64,000 nt of DNA from the human T2T-CHM13v2.0 reference genome, Homo sapiens: assembly GCF_009914755.1 (NCBI RefSeq), contig NC_060934.1; one strand, 5' to 3'. The notes under the pieces are model-generated. The model searched no databases. It saw only the letters and a list, made by a program, of their open reading frames with translations, and was not told the DNA's origin. A program made the translations under genes and the position numbers. Positions 26,324 through 39,512 of this stretch are shown one piece after another. The first letter of the stretch is position 1; every line of letters begins with the position of its first letter.

Positions 26324-29300
26324 GTGTGGAGTGGGAAGGTCTTCAGAGTTCCCTGCTGCTAGGGTAGGGACACTGGTAGGAGTTTTAGAATAGAACCACC
26401 AGAAAACTGCTCCAGGTCATTGCAAAGTGAAGGCAAAATAGCATTCCAGAAACAATTAAGAGTGTAGAATACAAGATTTCTCCTATTACTAAGAGATTTT
26501 TACTCCACTGTTTCTGGAATGCTACTTTATGAGAGTAATTTTCCCAGGCTGCCTTCTCTTAGCCTAGGTAGCCTAATCTGTAATGCGAATAAAAACAAAT
26601 GCCTTTCAGGCTTATTGTGCAGATAAAATTAGGGACAAACATGAAAGCTCCCAACAGTAATAGACTCATATTGAGCACTTACACAGCATATAGTGAGGAG
26701 AATAACAGATATGGGTCTATTTTCCTTCACATAAACTGCCATGATTTTGCCTCTTCTGAGAAGCCCATTCTGGAGTTTTCTGTGGTACTGGGGAAGCTTT
26801 CTGCCACTTTATTTAGAATACTTTTTGTTTCCCCAGCAAATCCATATTATTCTGGATCTTTTCTCACCTCTCAGGTCTTACTTAAGGCTGCTTATTTTCC
26901 AAGATATACATACGTATTTGCTAAGCTGAAGAAAGCTTTAGGAGAATGCCCCGATTCAGTTCTATCCTCTTTGTTACTGCCAGAGAAGAAACAGCATTTT
27001 TGCCACAGAAATTGGCACCCCTGAAAAGACTCCTGCTCTTATCTTGGAGAGGAGAAATTGCTCTTTGCACTCCTTAATCTAATGGGTAGACTAAACATCA
27101 CAGGAGAAGAATAAGTGCATGTTCCCCAAAGCCGTCCACAATATATACTAAGACAATCTGAGCTCAGCTCCAATGCAACAACAAGAAGTAGATAGAATTT
27201 GCCTCCAGTAGAATATATTTTAGGGTGACATATAGCACTTTATAGCAATTGAAGCTTATGTCAAGTTGTAATCAACTAATCATTAGTAATCATTGGTAAT
27301 TCAGATGTGAATCAAGCTAATTTTCAGACAAACAGCCCTTCAGAAGGCCCCACTGAATTTCATGCACAGGTGCTTATGATGAGCAGCAGCAGCATTTGGA
27401 CCCAGGGAGAAAGCCCTAGAGCTGTATGGTGGGGCAGTGAGACAAGGAAGCCATGGCTAAATTGCTAAACTCTCAGTCATCTTTTTATGCCTCTTCCCAC
27501 CGTTAGGCAGCCCACGAAGAGACAGAGCCATTTTCTTCTTCCCTGAAGCTCTTTTATGCCCTTGAAAGGCATTCATTTCAATTGGCTTTGTCTTCCAGTT
27601 GCTCAGTTAATGTACCGTGATTCAAATGGAAAAGGCTTCATCCCAGCCAGTATAATTTGTCTGCCATCTATGTCCCATTATAAACTTCTCTAAGGATGTG
27701 TCTGTGTCTTGTCCACTGATGTGTCCTACACAGAGAATCCTGCACATTGCAGCAGAGCACTATGCACTTAACATGCTCTATTAACAGTTAATATTCACAC
27801 TGCTCCTGTGAGGACAGTATTATTATCTACAATTTTTCAGGAAGTACATAGTAGAACTGGGGCATGAATCCATGCCTCTCAAACATCAAAGTCCATATTC
27901 TTCATTTGTTCCCTCTTTATCTCATTCCCTATTTGTATCTAGAAATAAGCAGCAAGTTTGCTGTCCTGGAACTTGACCCTCCAGTTTATCTCCTAGTTTC
28001 TGAGTTATTTGGGATAATAGAGATTTATAAGCCTTGCAAGTCCATGCAGTGACAAGAGAGCAAGTCTATGCTCCCTCCTTGCCGTTTTCTGAGGCAGCCC
28101 CAATTGTTTGAGCCAAATCCATCTCTGCCGAGACCTCTGAGTCCAGTTCTGCCCATAAGCTCTTTAAACAGCTTGCTCATCCGGTCTATAACAGTAAAAA
28201 TCCCTGGTACGACAAGCCAGGAATTGCTTGAAATTCCAATTAAGCCAAGTTTTACCAAAGCCTTTTCCATTATCTCAGTAAGCTGCTTTCTACATTAAAA
28301 GGCTCCTCTTAATTAATTCTTTGTGCAGGTCTGTGGACATGCAATGCTTTATTATGACCCGTGAATTCAAAAGCAAGGAAATAAAGTGTAGATAAGCAGT
28401 ACATTGAGCTCTTGCTATCAAATCAAAGCAGCATCATGGTGCCCTGTCGCTGGTCGTGGCTAATTGCTTTTCACATCAAAAAAGAAAGCAACCCTCAATG
28501 GACGGCTGCAGAAGACAGTAAAGGGCTCTTTCTGGTCTTTGGTATGAATAATGGCATCTCCTAAGGGGTTGCTTGTATAACTGTGTCACATCCTCCTCTA
28601 GACAGAAAACAGAGGCAGCAGAAAGATGACCCTCTATTTCCCATATTTCTAGCCCAGTAGTGAATGCAGATGAGGGGGTTGTTGCATGAATAAATGCATG
28701 TGGAGAGAATGTTTGCATGATGCTCACAGATTTCTGGCTTCTGACATCTTACCACCAGATGACTTCCTGTTGAGGGTTCCATCATAGAGCACCCATCCTA
28801 CTGAAACTGGCTGCTTTTCTTGTATCTACTGTGCTCTGCCAGTCTCCGAGGTATCAAAAGCCACTGGTTTCAGAGGCCCAATCTCCCTCCAATGCAATCC
28901 TATGTAGAGATATTGAAGCAGTAGACCCCCTGTTTAGCTTAACCCAGTCTTGTTCAATGCCAAGTTAGAGGCTAAAAAAGTGGAATTGCTTCTATTGGGT
29001 ATACAGGCTCAACCTGGTCCTCTGTGGACTTTGTGTTTCTCTGATCCTGTGATGTTTATTTTCCCTTTTCACTCACGAGTTCAACTTAACACATATTTTG
29101 TTTTTGTTTGTTTGTTTTAAATCACATTCCCCAGGATCTACTGCCAACCCCCGAAAAAAAAAATCCCTCTTACATTTTGCAATGTTTCCCCTTCGTGTAG
29201 TTGTTGCTCCAATGTTAGATTTGCCCAGACTCGAATTCTCTATGTAAAAGTCAAGGTCTCGCTGACTTAGACAGTTTCTCTGGGCAGAGAAGTCAAGGCA

Positions 29301-30289
29301 GGCAGTTCTGAATTTGGAGTTAAACAGGATCCTTGGGAACCAGGGATCTGGCTGCATGTGGTACTAGCAGGGTGAAAAAATGATAATGAGGAGGAGAAAG
29401 GGGAGTTTCAATTCAGTCTGACAACAGGTTTAGATTTTAAGTATGCTGGGATAAAGCTTTAACAAAATTGATACCATGCCCACAAATGGGTGCTACGATA
29501 AAATATGTTCAAAGTATCTATTTCTTTCTCTGGGGCTCAGGGCACTGAGCTATAAGAGGCTGGGTCCTTACTTGTAGTGTTTCATTATTCATTGTGCAGT
29601 ATGAGCTGGCAACTGAATACAGGGTTGAGAGTTGTCAGAGTCACGTCTATTCTCCAGAGTGTGCAGATTGACAACCTTAGTTTTCATGAAGAAGACATTC
29701 TGAAGGTATTTCTAATTGCTTTCATTGAAAGCCATAAACAGAAACGACTATAGCAGATAAGGTGAGATGGCTTCTGGGAATAATATCTGCCTCTTAAGAT
29801 TATGCTTGATTTATGGTTTTGCATTACTGAATTCTAGGGTTCTTCCTCCTACCTCTCTCTAAAAGCCATTTCTTTATCTCCATCCACACTGATAGATGGT
29901 TTAAGTTCAAGCAAAAGCCTTTTCTCACAGGGTATATTACAGCAGCCTCCTCTCTCACCCATTGCCCTACCAACTCCACGAAACGCTTGGCGCTATCCTT
30001 ATAAAAAAAAAAAACTGACTGTGTCAAGCCCCTAAAAAACCCTACCATAGTCCCCTATATCCCCCTTTGGGGTGAAGACCACATTCCCCCATCATGGAGG
30101 TGGGAAGGTTGATGAGACACCACTCAGCACGAGGCAGGCATTCATGTTAGGGGACACCAAGCCCCGCTGCTCCCCAGCCTCCCCTCTCACTTGTCTGTCT
30201 CCTCCTCTCGTCTATGACTTTTTCCTTAATGTGTGTTGGCTTCCTCAGCATCTCTGTGTTTTGTTACTCCTAAAATGTTTTCAATTAGC

Positions 30290-30900
30290 TCATTTATGTC
30301 ACCATCATTTATAAATAATTGCTTTAGGTCAGGTAATGCTGCAGGCTCTGAAGACACAGCCGTGAACCAGAGCAGCCACTGCCCTCATGGAGCTCACCTG
30401 GACAAGGAGGCGGGGGTGTTTTCATGGAAGGCAGCCAAGAAGGCTTCCTTGTTGAGCAGAGATCTGAAAAAGGGGAAGGCATGGGTCTTAAGGGACCAGC
30501 GTGGCTGGAGGAGGCAGTTGTGGGGAGAGAGGAATGTGATAAAGTCAGAGAGAGGTATAGAAGACATGTGGCCAAATATAAAGAGTTTTAATTTTATTTG
30601 CAGTAAAACAAACAATTACTGGAGGACTGTAAACAAAGAGGTAACATTGCTTGGGTTTTCCAAGGATTGTGTAGGCTGCTACATGGAGAGCAAGTAGACT
30701 GAAGGGGATATGGTGGAAAAAGGAAGGACAACGGGGAGACTATGGGGTGACAGTGGTTATGATATAGGTGGTAAGCAGCTGAATTCTGCGTATATCTAAC
30801 TGGATTTGCTTGTAGATTGGATGAGTGGTATAGAGAAAGAGAAGAAGTACGAAACAAGGAAGAATTGTTCTAACATTCTTGGCCTGGATAATTCCAATAA
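30290..30900 (-). mobile_element. L2 fragment
   Basis: gaagacacagccgtgaac...tgccctcatggagctcac...ggatttgcttgtagattggatg. Confidence 0.7.
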
Positions 30901-31286
30901 CCTAAATGGTAAATACTCAGAGAATAGCAAGGGGGAGGAAATACATATCTTTTCACACTGCTATCAAATATCCAATTCCCTTCCTTACCTGCCTGCCATC
31001 TCCACTACTTCCACCCCTCTGAGCTACTCTAACTAGAAGTTGTTCATTATCTGCAGCTCAACTCTGGGTTCCTGAAGCTTCCACCCACTGGTCCCAATTC
31101 CAGTCCAGGCACAGAATTCATCTAAGTCATGGTCCATTGTCAGTGGTGATGTCCCTCGTGGAACTTCCCTGAAGGCCATGCCTGACATCCTCAGCCTAGT
31201 CACTCCCTTTCATACTTTGTCCATCTCAGACACTTCCCTCTGAGTACTTCTAGTTTTTCTATATTCCCATTAAAACTGGTATTCAG

Positions 31287-31609
<323 letters not shown>

Positions 31610-31899
31610 GGTATTCAGGAGGAACAAAAACTACCAGGTGGAATTGAAAAAAGAATTCTAGAAAGACACCTCTCATTCTAGAATATTTATTTTTTTTCTA
31701 GAATATTTACTTTTTTATTTCTTAAAGAAGGATCACACCTTATCTACATTGCTGCCTGACCCTGTGCATGGTCTTGATCGATCATAACACATCCTCACTT
31801 CCATACCCTTCAAGCCAACATGAGCCCTCTTATATACTCCAGGGTGAATCACATCCTGTGTGACTCCCAGAGGCTTCCCATCAGTTCTGTCCTAGCTTA

Positions 31900-32320
31900 A
31901 GTCTCTACTACATTATGAACTACCTGGCCATTCTTGCCTCCTTTCTGTTCTTGTCACACACCTAACCATTGCTCTCCCAAGGTCTGACACCTACCACTCT
32001 CTTGGCGTCAAACTTTTCCATCAACACCATCCGTGATTGGTTTAGTCTCATCTTCTGGGTTTCATCTCTGCTATTACCTTTTCAGAGAAGCACACCTATC
32101 CTGACTACTTTATCTTAAGCAGTACCCGGTTACTTCCCACCTGTACATTCATAGAACCTATACCTATTTGTAATTGCCTTACTGACTTATTAAGTTATTT
32201 GTTCATTGGCTACCACCCCACCATAATGTAAGCCCACTAGGACAAAGGAGCATGTTTGTCTTGCTAAGTGCTGTATCATCAGCATCCCTAAGGCCTGGCA
32301 CCTAGTAGGGTTGCCATGCT
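31900..32320 (+). mobile_element. L2 fragment
   Basis: aatgtaagcccactaggacaaaggagcatgtttgtcttg...gcctggcacctagtagg 3' end. Confidence 0.6.
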
Positions 32321-32913
32321 CTACAGGATGAGTGGAGGATTCTGAGGCATGTTAAAGTGCAATTGTAAAGGCCAAGGCACAGAAAGAAAATGAAAATTCA
32401 CCTATCTCCAAATAAATTGCTGATAAAATTTTGTGCAAATCCATCTGAAACTTTTTTTTTAACAAAGCTGCTTTTCTTAAAAGATGAAAACATACCAAAT
32501 ATGATGATTCATAATTTTAAAAAATGTAGCATTAGATTGTGAGCATCACTCCTTAAGAACTAGTATACTAGTAACCATATAATGGTAATCATATTTTTCT
32601 ATTAATATATGAATCACATTTGATTATTATATATGATATTTAAAATGTGATGATATGCTTAATGGTTGCCTTTTATTATATCATATTCATGTACCATAAT
32701 TTAAATACAGTTTATTTTCAGATGTTTAATCTCCCCTTTCCCAATTTGGGAGTTCATAAATAATATTTCATGGAAGAAATTTTAACAAATTTATCTAAGC
32801 ACCTATTTCTAATTATTTACCTGTCATATATACATAAAAGTAGATTTGCTGGGTTATTTTTTATTCTTTTACTTATTAACTTATGAGTTTTTTTAAATTT
32901 TAAGATTAAAGAC

Positions 32914-33287
32914 CGCATTAGTCCATTCTCGCACTGCTATAAAGAACTACCAGAGACTGGGTAATTAATAAAGAAAAGAGATTTAAATGGCTCATGGTTC
33001 CACAGGTTGTACAGGAAGCATGATTGGGGAAGTCTCAGGAAACTTTCAATCATGGCAGAAGGAGGAAGGAGTCACGTCTTACATGGCCAGGCAGGAGGAA
33101 GAGAGAGCAGGCAGAGGTGCTACACACTTTTAAACAACCAGATCTCCTGAGAACTCACTCAGTATCCCCAGAACAGCAACGGGGATTGTCCCTATGATGC
33201 AATCACCTCCCACCAGGCCCCCCTTCAACACTGGGGATTATAATTGAACATGAGATATGGGGAGGGACACAAACCTAAGCCATATCA
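32914..33287 (-). mobile_element. MaLR solo LTR (MSTA-like)
   Basis: cgcattagtccattctcgcactgctataaag...aagccatatca; perfect 5-bp TSD aagac. Confidence 0.92.
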
Positions 33288-33299
33288 AAGACAGATTCT

Positions 33300-35330
33300 G
33301 TATGTCTTATGTATTGTCCTCAGTTTTCTGCTTCTACAATAAATTTCTAGTAAATTTTTTCCTATATAACTTTTCAATTTTGTTTTGTAAAATCTATTAA
33401 CTTTTTTCTTAATGGATACTGCTTTTGATGCCATTCTTAGAAGGTTTCCAGAAGCTAATAATTAACATATATTTGCCATTATTTAATTTTGTTCATGCTT
33501 TTATCACTTAACTGTAATTCCAAAATTATTGTGTATATAGTAGAGTGAGCACTTAAATTACATTTTTCTCCAGTGATTACCAATTGCTTAATTTTAAAAA
33601 CAGGCAATCTTTTCATCTTGTGATTAAAAAAGATTTCTATCATATATATTATCTAGAAACCTTGTTGAATATCTGGGCTTCCCTTTATTACTTGTTATTA
33701 TAGTTTTCTATATTGGTTATTATATGTTTTATAGCTTAATGGTCCCAAAGTTTTGCATCAGTTTGATGCTAGTTTCATATAGTTCATTGAAGTTTGCATT
33801 AGCCTCTTATTCTTTGATAGCTCAAATAGCATTGGATAAAATTCTTTCAAAGAACAATCTAGCTTGAACACTTATTTTTGAGGTGGTTCTTTGACAATTT
33901 TTATCATTTCCCATCACAGCTAATAATCTTTTTGCTCTTCTAAGTTTTTTTAAAAATAGATCTTGGTAATTTGTATTTTTTTAGAAAATTTTTCATGCAC
34001 CAACAATTGTATGTTATCAAGCTTGAAATGACATATTCAATTCTGTAGTTCCATTGGAATTGTTTCACTTATTCTTACATCTGTGGGTATATCCTATTTT
34101 ACATATATAATGTTATATATTTTGGGGTTTTTATTTTTGTCATTTTTACTACTACTAGAGACATATACGTATTATTGTTCTTTTCTAAGAATCAGGTATC
34201 AGAATGCTCAGTTTTGTTTCATCTTATTCTAATTCACTAAGTCTTGTCCTTATTTTCGTTATGTTTCCTACGTTTTTCTAGGAAGTTTTTGTTGTTACAT
34301 TCTTGTTTCTAGAATTAAAAATTTGTTTCATTAGTTTCTTCTTATTTAATAATACTAAATAATTAAGCATGTGAATTTCTTGAATATAGCTTTGTGTGAG
34401 ATAATTTTTTAGCTATAGTGCTAGCTTGACACTAACTTTGAAAAAAATATTTAAAGATAACTTTGTTCTCTGCTTTAATCAAGAGTTAAAAAATGTTTGG
34501 AGACTTTTGGTGAATTTTCTCTTATTTAGTTTTAAATATGTTAATCATCTTTATACTTATAATTATTAAGTGGTTATTTTATCAAAATGTGTTATTTAGT
34601 ATTAAGTATTTGGTTTGTTTGCATTATAATTTGTCAATTTTGACAGAATTTCTACTCCTGAGTTAGTGAGATTCTTTTTTAGTATTGGTTATGATTTACC
34701 TGTGTAAATATACTGTTGGCATCAAAAATGTCTTTTCCATAAGTGTATATTTGATATACATGTATTAATGAAACATTAATTAAGGAAGCCCTCCATATAA
34801 TTTAAAGAAATTGTTCTCAATGTGTCAAAGACAGAAATTTGTTTTGGACTGTCACTATAATTATGTTATTATCAATTTCCCTTTCATCTTCTAACAGTTT
34901 TTAAAATATTATTCAGTGATTTATCATTCAGTTCATAAATGTTGTAGCTCTGTTGTGAATTATTCCGTTAAAATATGAAGTACACTCAGTATGTGTGTAG
35001 ACCTTTGCCCATACATTCTCGTTTGTCTGAGGTTAATCCTGCTGCATCTGCTTTCTGCATTCCATTTGCCTGATCTACTACTGCTCTTCCCTCTGAATTT
35101 TCTGTTTCAAGCCTGTCTGCAAATAGCTTTTATTCTAATTTGCGTTTGTGTTTTGAACATGTGTGAGACATCACCTTTAATAATTTACGTTATTTTTATA
35201 GCTTAAATGTTTTGATTTACTTCAATTCTCTTGTAATTCCTTGTATTTTTCTTTTTCTTTTCATTCTTGATTTTTTTTTCAACTGCTTTGGAAGTAGTAG
35301 CTTTCATAGGTAAATTAATAACTTTGTTAA
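33300..35330 (-). mobile_element. Highly diverged old L1 (L1M), AT-rich
   Basis: T-rich strand bias and L1 ORF2-like reverse motifs; boundaries uncertain. Confidence 0.5.
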
Positions 35331-35567
35331 GTTATTTCATCCAATTAAATAAAAATCAATTTGATCCAGTATGTGGGTAAATGTCATGGTCTGGGAATGT
35401 AAAAATGGCCTGGGTTTTTCCCTTTAGAAACTCCCTTGTTATATAATACAGTCACTACAAATACCCCTTGCAGCACCAAGGGAATGATGGTCTCCATGCT
35501 CAACCTCACTTATTTTACCTTCCTTCTGCCCACTCTATTTTCTCTTGTGTACCAGATGATACAATAT

Positions 35568-36060
35568 TGAAGCAGCTATGTTGTCTAGGGTATATCCCTG
35601 GGGTTTGTTGTTGTGCGCCAGAAAAATTTAGGACACGGACATATGTGAGGAGTTTAGGAGCTGAGGTTTAACAGATAGAAGAGAAGAGAAGGAGAAAACA
35701 GCTTCCTCTATAGAGGAAGGGGCCTGTCTCCCAGTGGAAAATACCGGCTGGCGACGAATTTGCCGAATTTTATAGTCCACTTTGAGGAGGCAGTGTCTAA
35801 TTTAAATAGGGCTCATAGATTGGTTGGATCAGTTATGAGGTTTACATAATGGAACCACCATTTTGAACATGTCTAGTCCTTAGTTCCTGCCTGCATTCAC
35901 CCGTGCAAGCTCCCAGCTTGCTTGTCTATGTCTGCAGCTGAACTTCACAGGCTGCGCTTTGTTAGAAAATGATGTGGGGCTGCTTTTCATTAAAAAGAAA
36001 AGCCTTAATGAGGACTCCCTTGCTATCTGCCTAAGTGATTTCTTCTTGACTCCTATATCA
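35568..36060 (-). mobile_element. ERV1 MER4-group solo LTR (MER61/MER51-like)
   Basis: Minus strand tgatataggagtcaagaagaaatcacttaggcagatag...ccctagacaacatagctgcttca with TG/CA ends. Confidence 0.75.
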
Positions 36061-36429
36061 ATGGCATTATTATTTTAACCTGATATTTAAAAAATTAAGT
36101 CTATACAAAAGCTTTAAGAATAGTAAAATGGACATACACATACTCTTTTCTTCGATTGACCAAATAGTATTTTTACATTTGCTGTGTGTGTGTGTGAATC
36201 ATTTAATAATAAGAGATAATTATAATGACCTTTAATTCCTAAATTATTTGCACAAGTTTCTCAAGAATAAAGACGTTATTTTATATAACCACAGTGCAAT
36301 TATCAAATAGTGGAAATTCAATATTAATAAATTATTCTTACCTAATATACAGCCAATGTCTGAATGTTGCTAATTTTTCCAATAATGTCTCTTAGCAAAA
36401 AATAAAATCTTTTTTTCTAATAGGCACCA

Positions 36430-37064
36430 CCGTAGCCAACTGATTGAAGCTAGCATTATCACTATTGGGACAAAACTGTATCACATGCCTCTTGATATGA
36501 TATACTATGAAAGATGCTACATCACTTTGATGATATCCTGCCAAAAATGCATAACCTGAATCTAATCATGAGGAAACATCAGAAAAACCAAGTTGAGTGA
36601 AATTCTACAAAATAATTGGTCTATACTCTTCAAATATGTCAAGGATAAAAAACACAAAGAAAATATGAGAAACTAATCCAGATTAAAGGAGATTTAAAGG
36701 ACCAGACAATTAAGTGCAAAGCATAACTCTGAATGGAGATGGAATAAAAGAACTCTAAGGCAGAGGTTGGCAAACCAGTTCTGTGAAGAGCCAGATAGTA
36801 AATATTTTAGGCTGTATGGACCATATGGTCTATGTTGCAACTTTTCAACTCTGTGATTATAGTGTGAAAGCAGCCATAGACAGCACGTAAACAAATGGGT
36901 TTGGTTTTGTTCCAATAAAACCTTATTTGAAAACAGATGGTGGGTGAGCCATAGTTTGTAGACCCTTGCTTTAAAGAGCATTATTGGCACAAGTGACAAA
37001 ATTCAAAATGGACAGAGGATTAGATAATGGTTTTTGCTTTATCAGTGTTACATTTCCTAGTATT
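36430..37064 (+). mobile_element. Old L1M 3' region (host of MER58A and of the full-length L1; resumes at ~45824-45885)
   Basis: ccaaaaatgcataacctgaatctaatcatgaggaaacatcaga motif; continuation aaatttc...gaaaatgtcctt after the L1PA. Confidence 0.7.
36761..36968. mobile_element. MER58A DNA transposon
   Basis: cagaggttggcaaac...gccagatagtaaatattttaggc...tagtttgtagacccttg; degenerate 8-bp TSD ctctaagg/ctttaaag. Confidence 0.85.
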
Positions 37065-38409
37065 GGAGTGAGGGGATAAGATGGCCAATTAGATGCAGCC
37101 AGGAAGTGTCACTTCCACTAAGAGAGACCAAATAATCAAGTAACCTATCATAATTTGGGCAGGTGTTTGGAGATAAAACACTGAGAGTGGATAGAGACGC
37201 AAAGCTGAAGCCCAGGCTGAAGAGAGAAGAAGCCGAGAATCCTGTGCAGGGTGCCTGAAAGCCAGGGCTAGTTCCTGGCCCCTAAGGGCTCCTGGGAAAG
37301 GGGAGAGTGAGGGAATTGAGGGGTGGCACATTCTCACTGCAGACGTAAGAGACCCTAGCTACAGAGGACCCTGAATCTCCCATAGATGTGCGACCTGGTA
37401 AAAGGATCTCCCCAAGGAGCAGGCAGAGACAGGCCTTTGAATGGCATGGAAACCAATATCTTTTGTGTGCTGGACAGCTCCAGAGGAAAGAGGCCATAGA
37501 TACCCAATCCCCAGGGATTCCCATTCCCCTCCAGGGGGTGTGGGCCTCAGCTGACCTCTGAGCCAGGAAAGAGCAAGGTCAGCTTCCCATAGGAGCATCT
37601 GTTCTGCAAGCCCTCCTGCCCACTGGCTCCTCCCAGGGTCCATACCAAGCCACCCTGTAGAAATGGGTGCACAGCACAGCCCCTGCAGTCAAGCCTGAGT
37701 GTGTTGTTGCATCTAGGTATTTTCCCAGTGACCCAGGAGCACATTAAATCCCCCAGCATAGCCAGAACCTAAACTTGAGCAATGGAATGTCCGGGAGCCC
37801 TGAGGGCAGCAGTGTACAGCTTGGAAGTGTAGAGTTGAGATCTGTGGCTGTCAATCAAGTGGGGGAGGAGCCTCAATTCTCAGAGCACTTAGAGGGATGA
37901 AATGCATGGGTCCCTAGTCCAGGGCAGGAGCAGGATGTGCCTCCCTCCACAGGACCTGTTCAGAGAAGGTGTGGTATATCTCCTTGCCACAGCTTCTGCC
38001 CAAGGGGTTCCTGCAGCCCAAAACACCTTACCAAAAAAAATGTGAGTGCAGTGGCAGTGATAGGAGGAGCAGACCTGGATGAAGGGGCCATCTCTCTTTC
38101 CCCATCCACTGCAGAGCATGCCTGCAAACACAAGGAAGTACAAAAGAGCCCCGTGGCTGTGTATTAACCTATCTACAGGTTAATATACCAGTAAATGGTA
38201 CCCTTAATTACCATTTACTCTATCAGAGCCCAAACTATAGTACCAAAAATTTATCCCATTAATAATACACACCCATGAAACCAAGTGCAACAATTCACCT
38301 ACACATAAAGATTCTGTACAGAGCCATAGCCCTTTGAAAGCATCCAGAAGTGAAGCCAATTGACTATACTCAAATTACATCATAATTAAAGGAATATCAA
38401 CCCTTCCAG

Positions 38410-39420
38410 ATGCGAAAGAATCAGCACAAGAACTCTGGCAATTCAAAAAGCCAGCGTGTCCCCTTACCTCTAAATGATCACACGAGCTCCAAAGCAATGG
38501 TTCTTTATTAGTCTGAAATGACTGAAATGACAGACATAGAATTCAAAATGTGAATTGCAAAAAAATTCATTGAGATTCAGGAGAAAATTGAAACCCAATC
38601 CAAGGAATCAAAAGAATCCAGTGAAATGATCCAGGAGCTGAAAGATGAAATAGCTGAAAGAAGAAATGTTAAGAAAGAACGAAATTGGACTTGTAGAGAT
38701 GAAAAAATCCCTACAAGATTTTCATAATACAATCATAAGTATTAGTAACAGAATAAACCAAGTGGAGGAAATAATCTCAGAGCTCGAGTACTTGTTCTTT
38801 GCATCAACTCAGTCAGACAAAAATAAAGAAAAAAGAATTAATAACAATGAAAGAAAACTCCAAGAAATGCAGACTTATGTAAAGAGACCAAATCTATGAC
38901 TCATTGGCATTCCTGCGAGAGATAGAGAAATAATGAGCAACTTGGAAAATATATTTGAAGATATAGTACACAAAAAATTTTCTAATCTCTCTAGAGATGT
39001 TGGCATGCAAATCCAACAAATACAGAAAATCCTAGCTAGATACTATACCAGATGACCATCCCCAAGGCACACAGTCATCAGATTCACCAAGATCAATTCA
39101 AAAGAAAAAATCATAAAGAGAACTAGAGAAAAGGGTTAAGTCACGTACAGAGAGAACACAATCAGGCTAGCAGCAGATATCTCAGCAGCTCTCTCTGCAG
39201 AAATCTTATAAGCCAGAAGAGATTGGGAGCCTATTTTCAGTGTCCTTAAAGAAAAGAAATTCCAACCAAGAATTTTATATTTTGCCAAACTTAGCTTCAT
39301 AAGTGAAGGAGAAATAAAATCTTTTTTTGACAAGCAAATGTTGAGGGAGTACATTTCAACTAGACCAGCCTTACAAGAGGTCCTTAAGGAAGTGGCTAAA
39401 CATGAAATCAAAAGAATGAC
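38410..39420 (+). pseudogene. L1 ORF1 remnant with stop codons
   Basis: ORF-track peptide 38666-38899 (...NRINQVEEIISELE...YVKRPNL) is ORF1p-like. Confidence 0.85.
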
Positions 39421-39512
39421 ACCTGCTATCATGAAGTCACACCTAAGCTCATAGCCCACAGGGACTATAAAGCAACTATGCAATCAAGTCTATATAACAA
39501 CCAGCTAACAAC

